The position numbers and the translations under genes were made by a program. Source: Selaginella moellendorffii (Eukaryota; Plantae; Lycopodiophyta). From it: DNA of 64,000 nt. Location of the stretch: contig NW_003314263.1 of assembly GCF_000143415.4 (NCBI RefSeq), positions 2,668,041 through 2,732,040 on the forward strand. The letters are read 5' to 3'. The notes beneath the pieces were generated by a model. The model was given only the letters and a program-made list of their open reading frames with translations, had not been told where the DNA came from and did no database searches. Below, one piece after another: positions 1-10,550 of the stretch. Position 1 is the stretch's first letter, and every line of letters starts with the position of its first letter.

Positions 1-722
1 GATCCACAAAGTTGGAGGAGACGACGTCCTTGAGCGTGAGCGCAAGCCGGAGGAGATTGATGGAGAAGCGCAAGCAAGTAAACTTGTCCCGCATCGACGT
101 CAGTTTCAAAGGCCCCACAAGAACTTGCGATGGCGTCTTTGATCCCCGTATCATCGCCCACGCTGCCATCTCCTGGCCTGCCAGAGCCACCCCGATGATC
201 CACGGCACTGGGCCGTAGAACCGCGGCTCCAAGTTGACGAGCTTCTCCTCTAACTTCTCTTGCGCATCCTGCAAGAACTGCCGCCTCTCCTCGAACTTGG
301 CACACAGGCGGTTTCCAGTCCACAGCATCGGATCGGCGCGAGTGCTACCATCCAAAGAGTCCATCACGATGCTGCGATTGAACTCGACAGTCGTTGTCCC
401 AGCAAGCTTGTGCAGCTTCATCCACAGGTTGCAGAAGGCTTGGTCCCAGGCAGACTCGAGGAGCTTCCCGGACTCGTCCATCTCGGCGCTGGATCCCAAG
501 AACGCTGTCGTGAGAGACACGATGCTCTCCGCCGGGCTGTTTGGAGCGAAGCCGGCAGCAGCGATCTCATCATCATCGGCGAGCTGTGCGAAAGTTGCAG
601 AGCCAAGGGGCAGCGCCAATGGTAGCATGTGTGAGAGAGCTCTCCGCAAGCCGTCCAGCTCCAACACGGAGAATGGAAACGGCTGTAAGACAGTAACAGC
701 CCAGTGGATCCACTCATACACG
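1..722 (-). CDS. Crinkler (CRN)-like protein, restriction-endonuclease-fold (PD-(D/E)xK-type) domain; runs off the left edge
   Basis: Not in the ORF track because there is no stop inside the window. Hand translation of the minus frame is open from ~722 (first ATG 628) to base 1: ...EFNRSIVMDSLDGSTRADPMLWTGNRLCAKFEERRQFLQDAQEKLEEKLVNLEPRFYGPVPWIIGVALAGQEM...LKLTSMRDKFTCLRFSINLLRL... This follows the RPD-x-L-W...K-GEEK...A..EL..K...YG.VPY...A.AG...R.....INL.R pattern of CRN REase domains that usually precede a kinase. Confidence 0.6.
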
Positions 723-829
723 TTTTACCCTAAAGGTGGAAGCCCTAGTTTTATCTTTTTTATCTTTTTTTCTTTTTTCAAATTCTATTGCTAATGAAAA
801 ATCTCAAAAAAATCTTTTGATTCACGTCT

Positions 830-1069
830 GAGTAGAAGGCTTGACGATCGGCCACATCGCGAGCCTCTGGGGTGTGTGCATTGTAGACAATCCCTTCTGT
901 GGATTCCAAAAGCAGAAGACGCAATCGCGACCGCAGCTGATGCAGTAATTACCGTCGGAGTTGAATCGTAAGGCCAGAACAGGACCTTCATGGCCGTGCA
1001 GCACAGCTGATCTGCCATAGCCAAATGTAAACCCTAAATCCTGCCTTTAGGGCATAAAGTTAAAATCTT
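830..1069 (-). pseudogene. Truncated, frameshifted duplicate of the WDR83/MORG1 promoter and exon 1
   Basis: Near-identical to ~42178-42430. Shared strings include 'gccatagccaaatgtaaaccctaaatcct-cctttagggcataaagttaaaatctt' and the GHEGPVLA-RFNSDGNYCISCGRD coding sequence. Internal deletions break the frame. Confidence 0.9.
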
Positions 1070-1639
1070 GAATCTTGCTCAAAACTAATTCCCTCCTAAC
1101 AAGTTTCAAAAGTAATAAAGGTATACTCAAAATTATTAATCAACTGCCCAACACTACCATCTTGAAAAAGGAAGAAATTACAGCATAAAAGGGAATATTA
1201 TGAGTTTAATATTAAACATAGCTATATACATATTATATTAAATATTATCTTGTTGCATCTTTGATTAATAAAGAGATTTAGCCAAATTTTTTAGTCATAC
1301 AGTAATGTCTTAGGTTGGCATTAAACTAATTTAATATTTAATTTCCAGTGTGAAAAACTTGATCAAATTTGGACATTATATTAATATAAAACTACATTAG
1401 AGGCATTAGCGTAATTTAATGTCACAAACAAATAAGGAATATCTAACAATATACTTGGATATTTTAATAATATTTTTTAAATTATAATTTCATGAATTTT
1501 ATATTTTTATATTTACTGCAATTGTCAAGCGTGACAATAAATTATATGGTACCAACTAGTTGTGAGGATCTTACAACTTATGCTCAAGATATAGGGTAGT
1601 CGCCAACTTATGCTCAAGATAAACTCTAAGAGTCCACAA

Positions 1640-2560
1640 ACTTCTAATATTTGCCCTCACTCATCCACGGCTTTTTGTACAAGGATCAGGGATAATTTTG
1701 AGAGTGGAATATTCTTCCTCTCTCTCTCATGCTATAATCTACAGAATCTAGGTAGCAGCCTCAAATAATATCCATCCTTTCAAATAAGGTCTAGCATCTG
1801 GATCACTCATGCTCATATAAATTGACCTCTACTATTTTAAAATTTCTTAGGGTAGAATTTGGATATAAATGCAATTCCCCAATCCTGTGATTGGTTCTCC
1901 CTTTGCCAAACCACTTTAAGTGCAAGTTAAAATTGTATGAATATAGCAACAACTTGCTCCATTCCCTGGTAAACTTCTTCCAGATTTGTCATTCTAGCAT
2001 CAAAATAACAAAGATGGTCACCTCTTAAGCCTCCAGAAGCTCCTATCATAAATTAAGTTTATAACTTCAATTTTTTCTGTAGACTGTGATTTCCAGTTAC
2101 TTTAATTTGAGATATTTACCATCAATCCTAGCCCCTTCATAAGCAAGAAATCTATTCCAAAGTTGATAGCTACTAGCTTGAAGATGACCTTGTTGCTAAA
2201 GTTCTTGAGTAATGCTCATGTTTATTGATGAATTTCTCAACCTTATGAGCTTTTTCAACTATGCTAGCTATGAAATCTATCTTCCCAAAAAAGTCTTCTA
2301 GCAAAAGATCCATATAATAAACTATGCATCTATTCCAAAATATGGTAGGAAACTCTTCTTCTATCCTGGTCCCAATAGATATATTAACATTTGGAGTATC
2401 TGAAAAAACCTGGACAATCTTCTCTACCCCCACCTCCAGAATACTCTAAGTATGGAGTTCATGTCCACATCAAACATAGCTCTTCTCACTAATTGGCTCT
2501 AAAAATGTCTCTAGCTACATCTTTCTCCTAGAATGAAGAGTCATTCTAAGCTTTCAGAGC
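1640..2560 (-). mobile_element. Degenerate hAT transposase relic (DUF659-type region)
   Basis: ORF 2173-2433 (GVEKIVQVFSDTPNV...PTIFWNRCIVYYMDLLLED-GKI...VEKAHKVEKFINKH) matches the VG.ENVVQVVTDNA...FWTPCAAHCLDL.LEDIGK motif. Flanks are full of stops, so the boundaries are approximate. Confidence 0.8.
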
Positions 2561-2777
2561 CAAATGCTTTATATACTTTACTATTGTCATAACTTTATAT
2601 CCTTTAAAACTTACATTATTTTCGAAACCGAGACCAAGTTGAGACGATCAAACAAAGGATTACCTAAGCACAAGCACAAAGAAGTAGACGAACAAAAAGA
2701 AAGAGAAGAGAAGAACGAGAGAGAAGAAGGAGAAGGAGAAAAACAAAGAGAAGAAGACGAAGAAACCAAAGAACTGA

Positions 2778-4260
2778 TCAGCACATTAGACCCTGAGCAA
2801 TGAGTTCCATACCTCTCTTGTAGATGGCCTTGGCGACGCAAGCATTCTCCTGCTTCCCAAACTGCACCTCCAACTCCATCTCCATCACCCTCCTCGCCGC
2901 TTCCTTGTCCCGTGCGTACTTCGCCATCATCTCAAGGCTCCACTTGCTGCAAAGGTTGCCCGCCGATAACCTGTGCATTGCCTCCATGATCACCTCTCCC
3001 GCCAGAACCATCCCCTCGGGCAGCGCCACCACGTTTCCGCGCCTGAGCTTTTGGTAGTAAAACAAATAAAGCGACCAATGCACCGCTCTCATGCACTGCC
3101 GATCCTCCTCCTCCTGGAGCTTGGTCGCCAACGCTTTTTCCAGCTTCGCCACCATCCCGGTGATGTCGGTCTCTCCCTTCAACCGGAACTCGAAGTTGGA
3201 CTCGGCCAAGTCCCTGTAGCAGCCCGTCACCTCCGCGAGATCCTCGTCCAGCTGCCGCTCCAGCTCGCACTTCTTGCAAGCGCACTCGAAGTCCAACCTC
3301 GTCCGCCTGTAAGGATGGCCGGCGATGATGTAGCAGTGCCCAAGCTCCTCCCCGCCCTGGATGTCTCGGGTGGCAAAGTAGCAAACCGTGGTGCCAAACA
3401 ACCTCTGGCAAACGTACGTAGAGCAGGCGCCGCGTGTTCTCGCCAGGACCTGGGGCTGCGGGATTGAAGGAAGCTACGCTCACAGTCTTGAAGATCCTCT
3501 CCACCGTAATGCCTTCGAGAGCTTCCCTGCTGCTGTCGGTGCTGACGCTTGACCAGTTCTCCGGCGTGGCCCAGTCTGCCTGGAAGATCTCCATTGCTGG
3601 AACTTCACGCTCGTTCCCTGCGGCCCTGCTAGCAAGGCTGTGGATCTGCTTGTATGCTCGTGGCGACTTCATGGCCATATCGAGGAATCCGATTGCGGCA
3701 TTCCTGTTGCATATCGAGATGTTGCCTCGCTCGAAAGCCCCCGAGTTGCTGGTAAGGACAAGCTCGCCTTTCTTGATGTTGGTCGTTGCAAAGAGCCCCG
3801 GGCCTCGTTGCTTGCTCTGGTCCTCGCATTTCTTCACTTCCACTTGGCAAACGTTGTCAGCAACCTCTGGGAAAAGTGGGGCTTTCTCTCCTTCGCTCCA
3901 GGCCCGAAAAAAGCCGTGGATATCTGCCATGATGCTGCTGATGTCCTGGCTCTTGATCGCAAGCTTCTGGCATCTCTCGTGCAGATGATTGATTGCCTCG
4001 TCCACTCCAAGAACGTCGCTCAAGAGCTGGCACGACCACTCGTAGCACTGGAGATTGAGCAGCGCCAAAGCTTTCCTGTAAAGGCTCTTGAGGTGGCGGG
4101 GATCCATGGCGAGAGCGGTGCTTGCGGCATCCACACACTGCTCATATCGTCCCAGCTTGAGGAAGCTCTCGGCCTGGTCGGAGAGAGCAAGAACACGATC
4201 ATGCTCCTCCTCCTACGGCCCTTGCTCGCATTTCACAGCGCTCAAGGCATAGGGCCGAGT
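2778..4260 (-). pseudogene. TPR + SET domain lysine methyltransferase (SMYD/ATXR1-SDG35-like), disrupted
   Basis: TPR (LSDQAESFLKLGRYEQCVDAASTALAMDPRHLKSLYRKALALL), SET-N (RGPGLFATTNIKKGELVL), SET-C and post-SET (FATRDIQGGEELGHCY...FECACKKC). There is a frameshift at ~3430 where the NHxC motif should be, and an in-frame TAG at ~4213. Intronless. Confidence 0.8.
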
Positions 4261-5984
4261 GTGTGCCTGCTTTTTTGACACTAAGAGTTTATGTATTTGC
4301 CATCTCTTTTGGTATTTATTTGCCACCACTATCCAAGTTTGCAATTAAAGTTTTCGTCTAGCCACTAAGGGTGAGCACTTTTATAAATCATCATGTGTGA
4401 GTTTGAATCCTCATGCATGAATATAACATCTGGACTTTGCCTCCATTAATTATAAACATATAGTGGATATGTACTTAAAGCACAAAGGCATGATGTCTAT
4501 GTATCTATTTTTATGCTATTTTAATGGCATTGTGGTGCCCAACTTGAAGCATAAAACTGATGGATGCAAAATGCAAGGGGTTTGTGAGCTTTGATGCTCT
4601 ACACTCCATATGCCACATGCCATGTTCTGCACTCCATGCTCCATGTTCTATATCATCTTCAAGCTCCGACTTCATCTTGGTCTTCTTCACTCTTGGTTTC
4701 AATTTCAACTTCCAATCCAACAATTAGTCAAGATCAAGAGAAGATATTGAACAAAGAGAAGGCAAGAGCTTTCAACAAGTATACCCCTGCATTTATCCAC
4801 ATTCTCTTTCTCTCCCTATTACTTCTTGGTCCTTTTTGCTCTATTGTTTTGCTCTTATGCTGATAGATTATTAGTACAAACTGATAGATTGTTAGCTTTT
4901 GTACTAAGATTAAGTAAATAATTAAAAATCATGCTAAATGTGATTTTAAAGCCTTTTCATACTCCTTTAAATCTCTTTTTTTCTTTATATTTTTATTCCA
5001 ATATGGCTATTTGTACTTCTATCACTTTTATCTCTCTAATAATACCTATTGTGTTTCCTTCTTGCTCTACTAAAATGCTGTGAGCTACCTCAAGAGTACC
5101 CACACATATCCCTAAAACACATAGCAATCCCCTATAGACACCTGGTATTGCACATCCCATGGAAGATCCTTGCCATTAGTATTTCCTCTTTACACAAAAG
5201 TACATATAGTAAAGGAGATATCATTTATCATGTGACTTCACTAGGGTTCCAGACTCCGTTGACTTCTAGTCACGGGTTGCACTAACCTTTCCAGTCAACT
5301 TATCCTTGCTAATGCAGCTTTGGATTAATGTCCAATTCGCTCCAATGTGGCCTCGCACACCACTCCGGCTGTGATTGAGGAGCTCCTCCTCTGCAGTGTT
5401 TCATTTCTGCCTTTTGATCGTCCAGGGAGTCTACTGTGTTGCTGGACCTAGCCATGAAGCAATTCAGGCTCGATTGCAATGAGGCCCTCCACAACCTGGT
5501 GTTTCGTGAGCATGAATAGATTCCTGGGCTTCTCACGCATACTTCCATTGCTCCTGTAGCTAATAGAGCTTCTGAAGTTTTCCTTACTTTTCTTCTGTGT
5601 TTCCTTGTGATTTTTTATACGAACCTACAGAAGCTCCATAATGGAGATTAACGTATGTCACATATGATGGCATTTTCAGTTTCAGTTCAGAGGTGGAGCA
5701 CTGCAATGTCCTGGAACAAACTTTTTGATGATCTTATTGAGGGCCACAATTCCATGTGGAGGCATCACTTCCAAGATTCATATCATTAGGCCACTATTGG
5801 AATACTGTCCACTAAAAGGAGCTGTGCTCTTGCATGCAAACAAAGCCAAACCCATTGGCCATCACTACTAGCAATGTCTTCTTATTATTGTAACACTTAG
5901 ATGGAGCTTTTTAAATAAACTGTATGGAAGGAAGGACGAAAATAATAAAATCATATAAACAAGAAATAATAAAAAATCAAACTA

Positions 5985-6180
5985 TTGGAATTGACGCCAG
6001 GCTGCTACGTTTTCTCAGCTTGACTTGGACTGTGTAGTTCTTGTTCCAGATTATCACGAACTTCTCCAGTTCCTGCGCTAGATTCCATTTGATCTTCGTG
6101 GTTTGCGTGAGACTAGCTCTTTCGCCACTGCTATTAACGCTTTGATGAGTAGCAAATCTCTGTCGCGACAAAGTGAAACT
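5985..6180 (-). pseudogene. Multiply deleted remnant of the LAS1 last exon
   Basis: Colinear short blocks match 62940-63565: 'ttggaattgac', 'gctgc-acgttttctc', 'ctcagcttgactt', 'ttatc-cgaacttc', 'ttccatttgatcttcgt', 'cactgcta', 'gagtagcaaatctctgtcg'. Confidence 0.75.
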
Positions 6181-7506
6181 CTTTTCTACGTTCTTAGAAT
6201 CTACTAACCCCGGGTTTAGGGTTTATCGGGCGATGAAGAAGAAGAAGAAGAAAGAGAAGAAGAATGTGCGCCTGGGGCAGCTGGAAGGAATGAGATTGCG
6301 TGAGATCTGCGCTCTTCTCGGATTTCTCATCGAGAATATCGGCCGCGATCGGCAGGGTACGCTCTTGTTCTCGTCCATTTCTTTGACGAGATTCTTGGAA
6401 TTTGCACAGATTACGGCATGGCAGGCAAGAGCACGTGTCCCGATTGCGGTGGAAATCACGGCCAATCTTCTCAGCATTCATCTCAGAGATCCTTCGCTGA
6501 GGTTTGTTTCGTGAGAAAAAACGAGTCAGGGTTACAGCTTTTTTCAGGGACAACATTCCAGCGAATTTAGTTCTCTCCGAACACGCAATGTCGATAATGA
6601 GGTAGAGTATGAATTTTTTGGAGAGGTTTCTCTTTGACGAGTGTTCCTCCAGGCTGATCAATGGCGTAGTAGACGATAAGAAGACTTCAGCCATAGACGA
6701 AGGCGTCGCTGGAGTAAGCCATGAGACTGCCGTCTTCCTAACGAACCTAGCAACAAAAGAAGCTGCCTGAATACAAGCTTTCAAGAACAAGGCATGAAAC
6801 AAACCTGAGAACAGGTGGCCGCAACACCAACGGAGGGCTCAAGACGAAGGAGAAACACTCGAGCATGGCAAGAACCTGCATGGTGCACTTCAGTCAGCAC
6901 TAGAATAGCATACCATACGGTAACGCGAACCTGTGTAAAGAACTCTGGGTTGTCGTTGTCAATCAGAACGACAGCAAGTAAGCAGGCATCCGTGATCTCA
7001 CCACGAGCACGGAGCTTGCAAATGTCCTCAGGACTCGCAACAAGGACATCCAAGCGCCTTTGTGATCACGACCACTGCGTCTTCTGCTGCCGACCTTGGC
7101 CTCACCAAAGGCAGCAGCAGCTCGAGAAGACGAACAGATTTCACAGGAAGAGGAGCACCCTTGAATTCTGCAAGACAAGCATAAGAAAAGAGAGACAAGA
7201 AAAAGAAGCAAAACCAGACCTTTGCAGCGCTCGATGCCTTCGTACAAACCCTGGGCATCCCCCTCCAACAAATCCCGAGGGACCGTAGACCGGTTCATGA
7301 GAATGCCGTGGCGTTCAAACAAGAGATCTTCAATGCAAAAAGGAGCAAGCGGGGCTGGAACCAATGGAGCTATACCTTGCTTGGAGGAGCGAATAGATCG
7401 AAGAAGAAAAGGTACCGAGGGCTTAAGCACATCACCTTGGCGATCAAATATCCATTATGGCACCGACTCGTTCGAAAGAATAAAGAACCCTAAGCACTGG
7501 GGATTT

Positions 7507-7920
7507 CTATTTATTTCTTGCACGAACAAATAGTTCGCTTGCATTCTCAACACTGATTTGGCCCAATGCCACCTCTAGTAAAAGGGGAGTCAAGGCCCCA
7601 AGGATAGAATCATTAGGATCACCGTGAAAGGGTGGGACTTGGATGCCATTCTTGGGATTGTAGGGGTACAAGCTCGCGTTGTCATTGATCCACATGATTC
7701 TATCCCTTTTCAGTTTTCGCAAATCTTTCACCGGTTGGCCGCTCAACCAATCCGTGTCATTTCCGGTGAACACAGCAGAAAATATTTCCCCGGTGGGATC
7801 TAAGCTACTCATGGTCTTCTTCACATATGGCTCACCCGAAGCACTGAAGACTACAATCTCGAAAACCTGGGACATATCCTTAAGGAACCTGTCCAAACCT
7901 GGTCGTTTCTCACGCACTGG
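7507..7920 (-). pseudogene. NIF/FCP1-like (CTD small phosphatase, HAD) domain fragment lacking the N-terminal DxDxT motif
   Basis: KRPGLDRFLKDMSQVFEIVVFSAS...Y....LDP...VKDLRKLKRD...INDNASLY..NPKNGIQVPPFHGDPND..L. No upstream exon with DLDETL is visible before the LINE relic. Confidence 0.75.
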
Positions 7921-7989
7921 AGCAAAGTTTCTTTAGAAGTAGGAATATACTTTATTAAAAAATATATTATATTTTAAGTAGCCATTAAT

Positions 7990-10250
7990 CAATGAGAATT
8001 GAACTTGGTGCCATTTACTCCAATACCACATATAAGAAAATGGGTAATTGCTTGATGAGAGAACCTCTATTTATTCCTCAAGATTCTAACGATCCATGGT
8101 AATCTCATCCCATAATTACATGCACTACAAGTGGAAAGCTCACACTCAATCAGAAGGCTTTCCAATACATCTATGTAGAGTTAAGGAGAGTGGGCATCCT
8201 TGCTTGACACTGGTGTCATAGGGGACTACTGCTTGTCTAGTGAGCTTGGCTTGAATAAAAGTGTAAAAATGCTTTATGGCATTGACAGCTAGTGGATTGA
8301 GTTCTTTTAGTTGTTGGAAAAGCAAATGTCTTAATACAATGTCAAAAGCCTTTTTAAAATCCACAAAATAGTAGAGAAATGTAAGCTCCTAAATTTAGAT
8401 TTCCTAGAATCCCAGTACTATTCAAACCCAAAGACGTTTAACCCCAAGTATCCGAAAAGATTGAAAAAAGGGGTGCATTTTTGTTCATGGGCCCTTTTCC
8501 TTTATATTTGAAACCTATGAATCGTCTCTCGAATCATTTTCTTTGATTGCTTACAATCAATGCCTCTTTTTGCATAGGAGTGATCGACTAGGATTCAAAA
8601 CATAATTAGGTGGTTTGTATAGCTTTTATATGGGTAAAAGCTAGTCTAACCCCATGCATGCACATGTGTTGTTTCTATCTACCATGTTAGCTACTTTTCC
8701 AACATTTAGGCATATAGCTTAGAAAAGACACTGCTAATCATGATGCATTTGTAGTTGGACAGGTTGTCTTTGTTCTAGTAGTACTACATGTTTTATCATC
8801 CATGTTGTTAGGAAGCTAGTGCTAGCTGAAAATTCCCTCCAGGAAATTTTTATCTACGGGCAACACTATCTCTACAATGAGTTTTTGTGCATCATGTCTT
8901 GGTAGTTTGCAAATAGCATTGGCAATGTCCTTTGTAGAGAAGGTGGTCATCCTCTCGTGTTGCTATGTCAAGATTGGTGGTGTAGTAGTGTTGTAAAGCT
9001 TGTGGAGGTATGCCACCCAAACATCACTCAACATCGTGATTACTCAAGGTTTGCAGAAGATCCTATGTGCCTAGGCAGGATTAGTGTGGAGGTCCTTGAT
9101 TTGTTCATCATTGATATGCTTGATATATATTCTTTTCTTCCTTTGGTAGAGTTATCAAAAAGTGTGTCTCACCTTGGCTAGGTCTACTACACATGTAACT
9201 CTTGTCATTTGGTGGTAAGTGCTATAAAGCATTCTGCATCCCACCAATGAGCCTTTAGGAACTTGGTAGCATGTTTGACTTTGTGTAGGGCAAAAATGTC
9301 TATGGCTGCTGTGACAAGGTCTGGACCACTACATGTTGGTCTAGTGTAGGCATGTTTTGTAGCTAGGACTCTTGGAATTTTTCTTAAAACTTCGGGATGT
9401 CTTATGAGTGGACATGGCCCAGGGCAGTGGAGACGTGAAGTGGACTTCTAGTGCTGTCTTGGACTAGTGAGATGTTGAGTGGGCAATGGCATGAAATCTT
9501 GGAATTAAGAAAGTCCTGGAGGTGGCAGTCAACCACAGTGTCAATTGCAACTTGTGAGATGAGAATGTAGTCATTGCCATTCCACATCATGCATCCCTGT
9601 AGTTGGCTAGGGTTCAATGCCATTCACAATGAGCAACTGCATTGCCATACGAAAGTTGAGAAGTTTAACACCACTTTGGAGGAGTTTCTTGTCTTTGGTG
9701 TGTGTGTGTTAAAGGTTGTTTGGTGCTTTGGTCAAGTCACTTCCTTGCTCAGCAAGAGCCTGGCTTGACCCCCAAGCATTACAATTGTGACTTGTGTGTG
9801 CCACTGTTTGATTGTCTGGGCTAGATGGTCAAAGGGGTGAGTATTGTTTGCCATTGTGGACAATGAGAAGTAGCAGCCAGTCATGACCAATTGTTTGCTG
9901 GTGTTCAACTAAAGCCTGAGTGCAGTGAAGTTCATGGCAGGGTCATGGATGACATCCAAGAGGTGTATGGCTTACTGGACACATATGCAAGTCCCCCCAA
10001 GTCCTTTACTGAGTGGATCTGGATGCATATGGGGTGTGGAGTATGCAATGTACCTAGGGTATTGTTGGATTCTCCCATGTCTCACTAAAGATCATGATGT
10101 TATACTTTCTCATTCTGCTCAATTTGCTTCCAGTCAGCCTTCAGATGTTCCATGTTACAACTGAGATTCACCGTCTCCTGATCTAGTGGGGGCACTCTCT
10201 TGCATTTTTGTCTGGGCATGGTGATGTGCAAAAAAAAGCTATATATGGGC
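7990..10250 (-). mobile_element. Degenerate non-LTR retrotransposon (LINE) relic
   Basis: RT motifs FVDFKKAFDIV...GVKQGCPLS-like (TSVKQGCPLSLTL) at 8146-8375. The upstream region is stop-ridden, with a possible endonuclease (S)DH remnant near 9830. Boundaries are approximate. Confidence 0.65.
8380..8555 (-). mobile_element. Isolated (solo-like) LTR, ~176 bp, inserted in the LINE RT
   Basis: The reverse complement TGTAAGCAA...GAGAGACGAT...CAAATATAAAG...GGGGTTAAAC...GGAGCTTACA aligns end to end with the LTR at 45110-45284. No clear TSD. Confidence 0.8.
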
Positions 10251-10550
10251 TAAATTGGACATCTACATCTTGTCTTTTACTAATTGTATGATTGGCAATA
10301 GGAACCACACAGTCCAAGAGGTGGCCGTTGTGGTAAGATTTAGTGGTGAGAATTCTACGTTGTGGCTTGAAGCTTAGCAGACACGCACTTTATTCACATG
10401 TTTTTAAGATTTAGGTTCGGGCTATTTCAACAATGACGCTATTCCAATCAAAGAAGTGAAAAGCTTAGATTTTCTGCTGCTGTAATTCTTATTCCGAAGT
10501 GACTCGAAACAACCCCAAAAGCCTGTTTAGCTGCTGAATTCCCTGGTGAG

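Noticed and set aside
5600-5880. Possible Ulp1-like protease remnant (GQWVWLCL...VDSIP...WNCG on the minus strand)
   Set aside because: The catalytic His is absent, there are multiple stops, and the match is too weak to call.
6781-7430. Possible DUF247 fragment (MDVLVASPEDICKLRARGEI resembles MD.L.DS..DV..LR..GII)
   Set aside because: Only one short motif matches and the flanking frames do not support it; an HMM search is needed.
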